The notes under the pieces: model-generated
What the model was told of the DNA's origin: nothing
Database searches by the model: none
What the model saw: only the letters and a program-made list of their open reading frames with translations
Assembly: GCF_006345805.1 (NCBI RefSeq)
Contig: NC_043024.1
Coordinates: 12,276,001-12,340,000, forward strand
Direction of reading: 5' to 3'
DNA from: Octopus sinensis
Lineage: Eukaryota
DNA: 64,000 nucleotides
Shown here: positions 23,934 to 36,111 of the stretch, in pieces
Layout: the number at the start of each line of letters is the position of its first letter
Position numbering within the stretch: position 1 is the first letter of the stretch
Program-made: the position numbers and the translations under genes

Positions 23934-24630
23934 CTGAAAGTAAAAAAATATAAACATTACAGACATTGGCAAAATAATTACATTAAATATACACAGATGT
24001 TCAGTACTTAAAAATTAAACACACAAAATTGCTGTATGGCCCACCACCATTCATTTAATGCCTACTTTCCATGCTGGGGACAGGACGGCTTGAAAGGAAG
24101 GGAATTGGTAAGCTTCGGGGCTGCATTGAACTCAAATCTTATCTTTAGCAGAGTGACTAATGTATTTTTCATAAATATTTACTCATTCATTTCAGTTGTT
24201 CAGGATAACCAAATTATTTTTGTAGAAATTCTCTACATATAAATGGCAAGCTGGCAGAATCCTTCGCATGTCAGACAAAATGCTTTCTTCTGGCATTTTG
24301 TTCATCTTTATGTTCTGAGTTCAAATTCAATTGACTTATGATTGACTTTGTCTTTTAATCCTTTTGAGGTTGATAAAACAGTGGGGGTCAATGTAATCAA
24401 TAAACCCCTGTCCCCAAAATTTCAGGCTTTGTACCTATAGCACAAAAAAGAAAAAAATCCCAGCCCCTAATAATTTTGATTTCTTTCAAAAATTTCTCTA
24501 AATTTGTACATTTTTCAAAAAACAGGGATCACAATTCTGATAGTTTTTGTTTTGATTTCATGACTTAAGATGCTGGTAAGAAAGTTAGAAAGAAAAGAGA
24601 TGTGAAGATTTTATTTAATTATGAACTTAC

Positions 24631-24782
24631 TTCGTCACAGCATAATGTAAAGCTGTGTTTCCACCTTTGTCACTCATGTCTAAATCAGCCCCAGCATCAA
24701 TCAACAAATTTATTAAATCTGTGTTGCCTTGTTGACAAGCAACCATCAGGTAAGTCAGACCCCAAGAATTTGTTTGGTTGAT
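24631..24782 (-). CDS. ANK-RING gene, coding exon 2 (ankyrin repeats 1-2)
   Basis: tttcag|ATC AAC; INQTNSWGLTYLMVACQQGNTDLINLLIDAGADLDMSDKGGNTALHYAVT; donor AA|gtaagt; 152 nt, phase 0 to 2. Confidence 0.9.
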
Positions 24783-25009
24783 CTGAAATGAAGATAATGA
24801 AGGCATTTCGAAAATATTAAAGGAGAGAAAGTAGAAGTGTGCGTAAGGAAGATGATTGGTTAAGAAAAGAGAGATGGAGAAGAAAGCTACAGAAACCATA
24901 TTAAAGGGGACGGAAGACCTTGGTGCAGTCTTTTGATTTGCAAGTTTGTGCTGCTGAACCAGTCAACCCATACCAGAATGGTAAATGGTCCCAATTGTTT
25001 CCTAGCTAT

Positions 25010-26030
25010 TCACTTGAAGTCATGGAAGTAAGCTGAAGTTGAAACCACGTCAGATTCTTTACCAGAGTTTCCTTGCAAAGAAAGGGATTCAAAAGCCATA
25101 CCAATGATGTCCTTTGATTTTACAGTTTTGATGTTGAGAATGTTCACTAGCGTCTCACTGATGAAAGTCTTCTCAGTGCTACCGCTATCAATTAATGCTT
25201 TGGCTTTGTAAGTATTAGTCACACGGAATGGTGAACCTGCTGATGCTGATACTGCCGAAAGTAGATCATATTTATCATCTTTATGTGTCACAATTGCTGA
25301 GTTCTTCCTACAAAGTTTTCCAAAATGTCCTATTTTTGGCATTTGTGGTAGACTCTGTGAGTGTCTGAAATAGCCCCAAAACCAACACTAAGAGGGTTTT
25401 CCTTTTTGGATCACAGCAGAGTGTTCTTCTTCCGGCTTTGGGGAATCAATTGTCTTGGCTATGATGAGTGCCGTTGGACTGAAGTTGGCACACTCAGAGT
25501 TTGAAAAAACTCTGGAACTCTGTTGTGCCACAGCTAGCAAACATGCTTGATCATAAGCTGTACTGAGGTTGGCAATTTTGTTTTCTAATAGTCTTTATCT
25601 TATCAGATTCAAAATGAGTCCATTCATAAACACATCTCAAAACATTTCAGACCAGTACTGCTCAGCACTCATTGCAGGTGTTTTGAGTTCATTCAAGAAC
25701 TGGTCTAGAGATTCTCCTGCTTTCTGTCTTCTTGTGGCCAAAAGATGGCATACCATTACGATGTCCTTTGGTTTAATATACACACTCTTACAGCTTGTTC
25801 ATAGTTCTCAACTTCACTCATGAATTCGTTTACATTCAGTTCCGCATAATCAAAAGATTGAATTTATTCCTGTCCTGGTTGTGAGTCTATAAAGTTGGTG
25901 AAAGTTCTAAGCCAATGATTGAAAACCTTGTCAGCATTTGTGGATTTTGGGTCAACATTCAATCTGTTCGCTTTCCATTTGTACCTGTCTTTCCATTAAT
26001 TTTGTTCTTTATCGGTTATTCAACAACTTC
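25010..26030 (-). mobile_element. Ty3/Gypsy LTR-retrotransposon gag-protease fragment
   Basis: HLLATRRQKAGESLDQFL and RLLENK gag remnants, zinc-knuckle remnant GHFGKLC, protease motif ALIDSGS. Confidence 0.8.
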
Positions 26031-26289
26031 TTCAAAATTAGTTTCTTTCATTGTTATGAATGACCAGTAATTCTTGGTTCAATCATAATCCAAAACAGCA
26101 AAGTGTCATATAGTGCTATCCACGATATTCTTGATTAAATGTATGTTATTCAAAATGGCTCCTCGCTCTCCCTGATCATCAAATGGCCATGCCCTCCATG
26201 TCAAGGGAAATCACTGAAATCGTAGCACAATTTGCATAACAGTCAAGTAAGCAGATGCGTAACACAGTTTTTATCACATTGTGAAAGGG

Positions 26290-27360
26290 TTTTGAGGCAA
26301 CTTCAAAGTCGATGGTTCTGTATCTTGACTTTGCAAAGGTAGATCATGGCATTATCTGTCACAAGCTGCAAGATTTTGGCAGAGTAAACTAAGAGAGTGG
26401 CTACATGGTTTCTTAAAATATAGAAGTCTGACAGTTGCAACCAATAGTGCCCTCACTAGAGAAAGACAATTTCTGAGTGAAGTACCCCAAGGAACTGTCC
26501 TGTAGCAGCTTACAGTAGCTCTCTTAGACCTGCCCATGGTTACTTAGACAGCTGCACTACCTACGCTGACATTACAAAATTATCACATGCAATATAGAGA
26601 CCCGGTGATGTCACAAGCTTGGAGCAGGACCTAAATGCAATATGCAAGGGAACTGAACAAAACAACATGCAGTTTAATGCTAGAAAATTTCAAGCACTGT
26701 GCAACCAGCTCACAAATACACAACATCCTGCATCTATTGGACCCAAGGGCAATGAAAATCCTAAAGTCACAGACTGTGAGAAACTTAAATATCAATATGT
26801 GCAATGATACATCATTTCATGCACACATTATGAAGACAGCAACAAAGTATAGAAAATTGGCAGGATGGACACTAATGATACTGCAGGACCAGAGGCCAAG
26901 AAGTCATGTTGATCCCATGGAAAGCTTTTGTCCTCAGCTGCCTTGATTACTGCTCTCAGCTGTAGTCACCACATAGTGTCAAACTAACAGCAAAGCTTGA
27001 AGCAATTCAATGCTACTACAAAAAAAGTTTGCCACACTACTTGAGTAGGCTGGAAACAAAAATTATGAATTTATTCTCTGAAGTGATGATGTGAGAGATA
27101 TGTAATAGTTTACATGTAGAAAATTCAGGAAGGACTCATACCTAATGTCAACATCCAGATTTATGCAAATGCCCATACTGTACGTCATCGTGTAATACCA
27201 AATTTAGCATCAAAAGTACTGCAATAGCTTAAGATTCAAAAACCCACAGCTCTTTAATGTTGTGCCAAAAGAATTAAGAAACCTAGTCAATGTGGATGTC
27301 TCCTAAAAGAAACTGGGCATTCTTCTATCCATGACACCAGAGGAATTAACATCCTGGGAT
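26290..27360 (+). mobile_element. Highly decayed CR1-type LINE fragment
   Basis: YLDFAK, EVPQGTVL and MQFNARKF remnants, collinear with 42995-44090. Confidence 0.75.
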
Positions 27361-28211
27361 GAAGTTCAGTGCATCTCTGACCCTTTTTTTTACTAACAAG
27401 TTTTCAAAGACAACTTTCTTTGCTATAATTCAATTTTTTAATGGACAAACATCAGGTGAGAGTAATTTAGTTCTAGGTAATAGCCTTTACAGGGATGATT
27501 ACTCACCATAGTAAGCGAATATTTGACGTCTCACCACTTCACTGTAGTTACTGATCCAAACTTTAGTACATGGTTTCAGCTAAACTCAGGTAAACATTCT
27601 TTATGTTTTATATATTCATACCTCTATTGGACCCTTAGTCCCCAGTATCCATAGAAAATTTTCCACAGCTCCTACATAGGGTTGATGTTACCCTCTCTGA
27701 GAAGCCCTGCTCTATATTCTTCCAGTGTCTCAGCTGACTACTGGCCTGTTATTCTAACTTCCAATATTTCAATTATTCAGTGAGCTCCAGTACAATTCTC
27801 TGAAGCCAGATCAAGTGGGAAGTTTCATTCTTGTATGACACCAGTATTTTCATATGTTTGACAACTTCTGCAAAAAATGGTGTAGCACTTCAAATCCGTA
27901 AAACCTTTGCCTGTGTGACAGTAACACCCATCTTTTGATTCCACCTGTCTCTCACCTGTTGAGCTGAATATTTCCTGTCAGAATATTCCATTGCAGTGTG
28001 TGATGAGGGGCTTCCCTGTCACTCACATTCCATCAAAGCTGGCAAGCCTCAAGGTTTAAGTATTTATGAAAACTGACAGGATTAGACAAAAGATGTGAAG
28101 AAATAAATAAAATATCATGGACAAATACATGTGGTTTGTTAGGAACATTTAATATTGTGTAGAAAATAATAAACAGTGAAATTTGTGAAGGCAATAAACA
28201 GGACAACTTAC

Positions 28212-28295
28212 TTTATCTGGATTTTCTTTAAGAAATGTTTTAATATAGTGAATGTCACCTTGCTTAATTTTCTCTGTAATTTTATAAACCTGCAT
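28212..28295 (-). CDS. ANK-RING (Mind-bomb-like) gene, coding exon 1 (MQVYKITEKIKQGDIHYIKTFLKENPDK)
   Basis: Strong acceptor (ttcctttcttttttag, exon edge 28314), ATG with A at -3, donor AAA|gtaagt at 28212. The phase-0 join gives ENPDK|INQTN, resembling the helix preceding the first ANK repeat of Mind bomb proteins. The start codon is inferred. Confidence 0.65.
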
Positions 28296-28614
28296 ATTTT
28301 TTGAATGAAAGATGCTAAAAAAGAAAGGAACAAAAATAGTTTAAAAAAAGAAAAACTTATAAAATGAAGTCAACAGCAATACACAAATGATGGTTCTAAA
28401 ACCTCAGATAATGACAAATATTAGAAACTTCAGTTTATTTAAACTATTGTTTTTAGCTGAATGCTCTTCCTGGCACCAATAAACCCAAGAGCAAGCATTG
28501 CATTGTGTCTCCGGGTTAGCTACCTTATTCTGCTTATTACAGTCTGATTATTTACAATTAAACCCTAAATAGAAGAATGTATGGTCTGTTGATCAGCAAG
28601 GTAGAAACTGTGCA

Positions 28615-28745
28615 CCTTGAGATATAGACCTGTGGATCATACCACATCAAGAAGAAGACATTGTATACCTTGACTCATGGATCTGTGGATCATACCTCGG
28701 AGGAAGACTCTACATCTTGAGCTATAGATGTGTAGATCAGTCCTC
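28615..28745. repeat. Short degenerate tandem repeat (about 3 copies of 55-60 bp)
   Basis: Recurring tag(a)cctgtggatcatacc / gaagac..tac..cttga. Confidence 0.5.
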
Positions 28746-29214
28746 AGCTGGGTGGAAAGTGGATTTGAATATGACAGCAGGGCACAGGGCATGAGGTCTT
28801 CACGAACGTATACTCCTACTCCACAAAGTCTACTTTCTCTTCTGTCTGTAGTTAATACTTTGGCAATTGTATTTCCATGTCTGCTATATCAGATGTAAAA
28901 TGCAGTTCCATAGAACTTGATAGCATGAGTGACGTCTCTCAGGAAAGAGGTTTTTGTTTTGTTGCTGAGGTGCAGCAGGACAAATATTCAATGAAAATAG
29001 TAGTGGACTCCTGTGCTGGTAATAGTGTGGTCATCCTGTATCTATTGACCGTGGTGGCATCATATGGTGATGGGCATGGTCAGGTCAAATGCCACACAAT
29101 CTTCTGTACCATGTACAAAGGAGATTTTTCTTCATCTGTTGCCCTTTTCACATCTGAGTGAAGTTGATTGTTTTAAGTAGTGTGCACTGTGTTTGCATAT
29201 TATTTTTTAGGGGC

Positions 29215-29645
29215 AGATGATAGCTGTACAAGCCTTGTACAAGGATGCTACCAGTAAGGTGAGGGTGGGCAACAAATACAGCAAAGGATTCATGGTACAA
29301 GTAGGGGTTCACCAAGGATCGGTGCTCAGCCCCTCCTGTTCATCATAGTCCTCCAGGCAATAACAGAGGAATTCAAGATAAGCTGCCCCTGGGAGCTCCT
29401 CTATGCTGATGACCCTGTTCTTATAGCTGAATCACTATCTAAGCTAGAGAAGGCGTCCCAGCTATGGAAACAAGCTCTAGAATCAAAGGGCCTTAGAGTT
29501 AACCTAGCAAAAACCAAACTCTTAGTAAGTGGAAAGGCAGACAAATCAGAAATCCCTTCAGGTAGATGGCCCTGTTCAATCTGTAGAAAAGGTGTAGGTA
29601 GAAACTCCATAAGATGCACCCAGTGTAAGCTTTGGACACACAAAC
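29215..29645 (+). mobile_element. RTE LINE internal fragment (RT to PHD), cut by a MITE-like element
   Basis: GVHQGSVLS, ELLYADD and RWPCSICRKGVGRNSIRCTQCKLWTH, collinear with 38090-38505. Confidence 0.88.
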
Positions 29646-30059
29646 CTGAGACAACATTCTGTCACTTATGTTTACGTAAACAGCTATTTATACAGAATAT
29701 ACGGATAGCGTGTGTATAAAATTATAGAATTATTTTAATTGTTACGTGTGTGTCTAAAATTATTCGTTTTGTTTTTGTTTTGAGTTTTTGCTTTCGTTTT
29801 TTTTTTCTTAATTGTTAAATTAAAATTATTTCCCATTGCTTTCGTTTTTTCTTTTTCTTAATTGTTATCCTTAGATTAATTTAACAATTAAGAAAAAAAA
29901 ACGAAAGGCTAAAACTCAAAACAAAAACAAAACGAATAATTTTAGACACACGACTAACAATTAAATTAATTTAACAGTTAAGAAAAAAAAACGAAAAACG
30001 AAAGGCTAAAATTTAGGGTTAGGGTTAGGGGGAGGGTTAGTGACAGGATGTTGTCTCAG
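29646..30059. mobile_element. MITE-like element with 21-bp TIRs, an internal ~75-bp inverted repeat and a (TTAGGG)3 tract
   Basis: ctgagacaacattctgtcact / agtgacaggatgttgtctcag (1 mismatch); internal arms about 29730-29822 and 29877-29951. Confidence 0.75.
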
Positions 30060-30679
30060 TTTTAGACGCAGCAAATGATTTTAGCTAAATAGAGGCAATC
30101 GATTGGTTAAAATTCGAAAAATTAAACTACGTTAAACTTACAAATTACAATCTTCTCAAGAAAGCCAAGGGAAAAAATGTTTTATTTTGACACATTCTAC
30201 CAGTATACGAAGTTTAAAAGTGTTTAGTTAACTAGAAATTGTGTTGAAAACTGCCGTTGAAAAGGAAAAGATCCCAATCAACTTCTGTACTCTTACTCAT
30301 TCATTCGTTTTCTCTCTCATTCTCTAATCTTCCATATTCACCTAACATTTCTTCCATGATATTTGTACATTATTTCGAGACAAAAACCTATCGACCTTTT
30401 CCGATTCTATTCGTTAATTATAACCACTGGAAGTTATAAATTATAGGACCCCCCCCCCCCAAAAAAAAAAAAACAACAATTATAATAATTTTGTATATTC
30501 ATATGAATTCCCGTGGGTAGAACATAGATCCGCAAAATCTTTCTGAAAATCTCAAATAAAAAAGTGTCATTCACTCGTTTTCAGTCTCAGAATTAGTTAC
30601 GAAGGGTTAAATGCGGAGCGCAAAGCAGAATACCTCGCCATGATCACAAAAATTATAATTATTATTGTTTTTCACTTAC

Positions 30680-30900
30680 CACGAAGGACGACGAAGGATT
30701 TGCAAAAGGTGGAGTAACCTGAAAGCATAAAGGGTAGAAGGTAATCGAGTTTAGGTTACACCCGGAAGTAATTTGAAATCGATTTCAAGTTGGCAGGGGA
30801 GAAATCGAATAGGACGGAATCCCAAATCGTGTTTCGAAATCAATTTATGTTTCTCAGGCGAATGAATGAGTCATTCAACTGGCGACCACGTGTCGCAGTG
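30680..30900 (-). promoter_or_regulatory. Candidate non-coding first exon and promoter of the ANK-RING gene
   Basis: Strong minus-strand donor GTG|gtaagtg at 30680. Locally CpG-rich unique sequence with an ETS motif CCGGAAGT (30762-30769), a palindromic AP-1 site ATGAGTCAT (30866-30874) and an E-box CACGTG (30887-30892). Function is inferred. Confidence 0.45.
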
Positions 30901-31194
30901 GTCCACTACTAACACTTTAATGCAGTAAACTGTAGGAAATACACATCCTCTCTTTTCTCATCCGTCCACTCACTCCTACTCTTTTCATACTCATTCTTTG
31001 TCATCTCTCACTCACTCTCTCTCTCTCTTTCTCTCTCTCTGCCTTTCCCCTTTTTTCTCTCTCTTTCACTTTTCTACTTTCACTTTTTACCTTCTCTCTC
31101 TCTCCCTCTCTATTATCATCTCCTGCCTTCAATCAACTTCAATCAACTCTTACTCATACATTCGCTTTCTCTCACTCTTTAATCTTCCATAATC

Positions 31195-31480
31195 ACAACA
31201 TCTTTTCAAGGACGTTCCTGCCGTGACTTCTTCTCATTAACGAATTTACCGCGACTAGGTTCATTAGATTTCCTTTTTTTAGTAATTCTTCTTTCGTTCG
31301 CACTGGATTTAGGCGGAGGTAAAGATCGACCCCAGTCCACAACTGGTACTTAATTAATCGACCCCGAAAGGATGAAAGGCAAAGTCGACCTCGGCGGAAT
31401 TTGAACTCAGAACGTAACGGCATACGAAATACCGCTAAGCATTTCGCCCGGCGTGCTAACGTTTCTGCCAGCTCGCCGCC
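31195..31480 (-). mobile_element. Young tRNA-derived SINE (older copies near 24240-24440, 47283-47580, 55735-55880, 56240-56650)
   Basis: ggcggcgagctggcagaaacgttagc (A box) ... gagttcaaattcc (B box) ... ctttcatcctttcggggtcgat; CpG-rich, so little decayed. Confidence 0.85.
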
Positions 31481-32062
31481 TTAGAAACTTTAAATAATGA
31501 CTGATAATATCGCTTTTAGGTAGACTTTTCAAAATTTAAATTTCATTTTTCGCCCATCCACTCGCAGTATTTAACTTTTCTTTCATTGTGAAAAGTACAA
31601 AAGAAGTGGGGGGGGGGAGAAGGGGTAAGATATTTCTTCTTTTAGAGCGAGTTACAAATGTTTCAGAATGTGGAATAAGATAAGACAGAAAATTACGGAA
31701 TAAAAATGTGGTTGTTGCTGTTCCAAACGGATGATGATGTGCGCCTGGGTTCAATCTCCTGTGGTGGCACTGTACTTGAAAAGTATCCATTGGTTCTTCC
31801 ATTCTCTTGGGTTCGCTCTCAATGAATCTTTCTTTCAGTTGGTTCATGTGTCTCTTCATCCTCATCATCGTATAACGTCTGCTTTCCGTGCTGGCATGGG
31901 TTGGACGATTTGACTGGCGTCTGGTGAACCAGATGGCTGCACCAGGTTCCGGTCTGATCTGGCAGAGTTTCTACAGCTGGATGCCCTTCCTAACGCCAAC
32001 CACTCCGAGAGTGTAGTGGGTGCTTTTACATGCCACCGGCACGAGGGCCAGTCAGGCAGTAC

Positions 32063-32430
32063 TGAATCTACTAAAAGGTAATATTGTGCCATATTTGACT
32101 CACCAAATGCCTCTGGGGGCTATTTATCAGCAAGACAATAGTCCTGTGCACAAAGCCAAAAATGGTATGGAATTTTTTGATCACCATGATATTGACGTAA
32201 TCGAATGGCCTCCGCTGACCCTGGACCTGAATCCGATCGAGAACTTGTGGAATTATGTTTCCAAAAAAGTCCATACTAAAAAAAACATCTGATGTAAGAC
32301 AATTATTCGATTATATCAAAGAAATATGGCAAAACATTCCCATAGAATTTTGTAATCACTTAGCGACTTCAATGTCAAGTCATTGTTCAGCCGTTATCAA
32401 GAATAAAGGCTACGGCACAAAGTACTAATA
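32063..32430 (+). mobile_element. Tc1 (DD34E) transposase 3' fragment
   Basis: YQQDNSPVH ... WPPLTLDLNPIENLW. Confidence 0.88.
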
Positions 32431-32569
32431 TATATTTCGTTCTAGTTCATTTTTGCTACAATCTTAAGCTTTAAATAAAATTATAATGATACAGTCTTAA
32501 ACAAATTTTACCGGTAAATTTGAAAACTTTATACTTATTTAGCATTAGAATTCTTCAAGGTGTATAAAA

Positions 32570-32737
32570 ATGGCTATATGTATGTGTGTATGTATATATA
32601 TGTATGTATGTATGTACGTATGTATGTATGTATATATATATATATATGTATGTATGTATGTATGTATATATATATATATGTATGTATGTATATATCTGTA
32701 TATATATATATGTATGTATATGTATGTATATATCTGT

Positions 32738-32778
<41 letters not shown>

Positions 32779-32780
32779 TG

Positions 32781-32832
<52 letters not shown>

Positions 32833-32834
32833 TG

Positions 32835-32867
<33 letters not shown>

Positions 32868-32964
32868 GTATGTATGTATATATATGTATATATATATATT
32901 ATATGTATATATATATGTATATATATATATATATGTAATATATATGTATATGTATATATATATG

Positions 32965-32997
<33 letters not shown>

Positions 32998-33045
32998 GTA
33001 TATATATATAATATATATGTATATATATATATTATATATATATAG

Positions 33046-33076
<31 letters not shown>

Positions 33077-33094
33077 GTATGTATGTTATATATG

Positions 33095-33125
<31 letters not shown>

Positions 33126-33569
33126 ATATATGTATATATATTATATATGTATGTATGTATATATATGTATATATATGTAGTATGTATATATATGTATATA
33201 TTATATATGTATGTATGTATATATATGTATATATATATATATGTATGTATGTATAATATGTATATATATATATATATGTATGTATGTATATATATGTATA
33301 TTATATATATATATATGTATGTAGTATATATATGTATATATGTATATATATATATATGTATGTATGTATATATATGTTATATATATATATATTATATGTA
33401 TGTATGTATATATATGTATATATATGTATGTATGTATATATATGTATATATATATGTATGTATGTATATATCTATATATATATATGTAATATATATGTAT
33501 ATATATATAATATGTATATATATATATATATATAATGTATATATATATATGTATGTATGTATATATATG

Positions 33570-33600
<31 letters not shown>

Positions 33601-33816
33601 ATATATGTATATATATATAATATGTATGTATGTATATATTGTATATATATATGTATGTATGTATATATAGTATATATATATATATATGTATGTATGTATA
33701 TAATGTATATATATATATATATGTATGTATGTATATATATGTATATATATATATATATGTATGTATGTATATATATGTAATATATATATATATATATGTA
33801 TGTATGTATATATATG

Positions 33817-33851
<35 letters not shown>

Positions 33852-33858
33852 ATATATG

Positions 33859-33891
<33 letters not shown>

Positions 33892-34030
33892 ATATATTAT
33901 ATATATGTATGTATGTATATATATGTATATATATATGTATGTATGTATATATATGTATATATATATATATATGTATATATATTATATATGTATATATATA
34001 TATATATGTATGTATGTATGTATATATATG

Positions 34031-34061
<31 letters not shown>

Positions 34062-34068
34062 ATATATG

Positions 34069-34099
<31 letters not shown>

Positions 34100-34392
34100 A
34101 TATATATGTATGTATGTATATATATGTATATATATATGTATGTATGTATATATATGTATATATATATATGTATGTATGTATATATATGTATATATATATA
34201 TATATGTATGTATATATATGTATAATATATATATATGTATGTATGTATATATATGTATATATATATGTATGTATGTATATATATGTATATATATTATATA
34301 TGTATGTATGTATATATATGTATATATATATATATATGTATGTATGTATATATATGTATATATATATATATATGTATGTATGTATATATATG

Positions 34393-34427
<35 letters not shown>

Positions 34428-34578
34428 ATATATGTATATATGTATATATATATATATATGTATGTATGTATATATATATATATGTATATTATATATATAT
34501 GTATGTATGTATATATATGTATATATATAGTATGTATGTATATATATGTATATATATATGTATGTATGTATATATATG

Positions 34579-34632
<54 letters not shown>

Positions 34633-34841
34633 TGATGTATGTATATATATGTATATATATATATATATGTATGTATGTATATATATGTATATAATATATA
34701 TATATATGTATGTATGTATATATATGTATGTATGTATATATATATATAATATATGTATGTATGTATATATATGTATTATATATATGTATATGTATATATA
34801 TGTATATATATTATATATATGTATGTATGTATATATATGTA

Positions 34842-34875
<34 letters not shown>

Positions 34876-35122
34876 TATATATATATATGTATGTATATAT
34901 ATGTATATATATATATATATGTATATATATATGATGTATGTATATATATGTATATATATATATATATGTATGTATATATATGTATATATATATATATATA
35001 TATGTATGTTGTATATATATGTATATATATATATATATGTATGTATGTATATATATGTATATATATATATGTATGTATGTATATATGTATATATATATAT
35101 AATGTATGTATGTATATATATG

Positions 35123-35155
<33 letters not shown>

Positions 35156-35232
35156 ATATATGTATATATATATATATATGTATGTATGTATATATATGTA
35201 TATATATATATATGTATGTATGTATATATATG

Positions 35233-35265
<33 letters not shown>

Positions 35266-35381
35266 GTATATATATGTATATATATATATATATGTATGTA
35301 TGTATATATATGTATATATATATATATATGTATGTATGTATATATGTATATATATATATATATGTATGTATGTATTATATG

Positions 35382-35412
<31 letters not shown>

Positions 35413-35622
35413 ATATATGTATATATATATATATATGTATGTATTATATATGTATATATATATATATGTATGTATTATATATGTATATATATATATATAT
35501 GTATGTATTATATATGTATATATATATATATATGTATGTATTATATATGTATATATATATATATGTATGTATGTATATATATGTATATATATATATGTAT
35601 ATATATATATGTATGTATGTAT
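32570..35622. repeat. About 3-kb (TA)n/(TATG)n microsatellite field
   Basis: Direct reading; recurrent unit gtatgtatgtatatatatgtatatatat. Confidence 0.97.
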
Positions 35623-36111
35623 TGTGAAATTTAGCCTCACGCCTTGTGTCTTTTTATATGTACATATAATTCTATAGTTCATCTTAATTATATATCGTTG
35701 TCTCATGTCTTGTGTTAAATATATATTTAATCTTAAAGCTTGCCCCTAATTTTATTTTATTTTATCGATCAGTCTCACGCCTCGTAGATATAGAATAAAT
35801 GTATTTATAATTTATAGCTCCTTATCGTTCACGCTTCTCCCATAGATTAGGCAAAATTTAGGTATTTATAGCTACTAATAACTATTTCTCTCCTAAGAAA
35901 GGAATGGCTGCTGCCCGGTTTCCGCGGTGCACCCGCCCTCCCACCCCCACCACCGGTACAGGAAGTCCTAAATTTTCTCATCCTTGTCTCCCTTATACAC
36001 CTCAAAGTCTTACGCCACCCCCACCTCCTTCCATAAAAGGTAGTGGTCAGTCATTGCAAGATATGTTTAGTGTTGTGTACGAGGTTTGAACTTAAGTTCC
36101 ATTGTTTGTCT

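Noticed and set aside
27507-27579. Possible extra exon (LKPCTKVWISNYSEVVRRQIFAYY) faintly like a MIB REP repeat
   Set aside because: Weak acceptor; 73 nt would break the frame between phase-0 exons; and it lies downstream of the first ANK-proximal exon, the wrong order for a REP domain
28870-29165. 94-aa plus-strand ORF near the ANK-RING 5' end
   Set aside because: No recognisable domain; the minus strand shows faint, decayed LINE endonuclease-like remnants instead
32560-35706. Tyr/Ile/Met/Cys-rich ORFs up to 480 aa (also at 57560-60132)
   Set aside because: Translations of (TA)n/(TATG)n repeats
35890-36045. Self-cleaving ribozyme (HDV-like or twister) in the RTE 5' UTR
   Set aside because: GC-rich, but I could not build the required pairings or find the conserved cores by eye; an Infernal search would settle it
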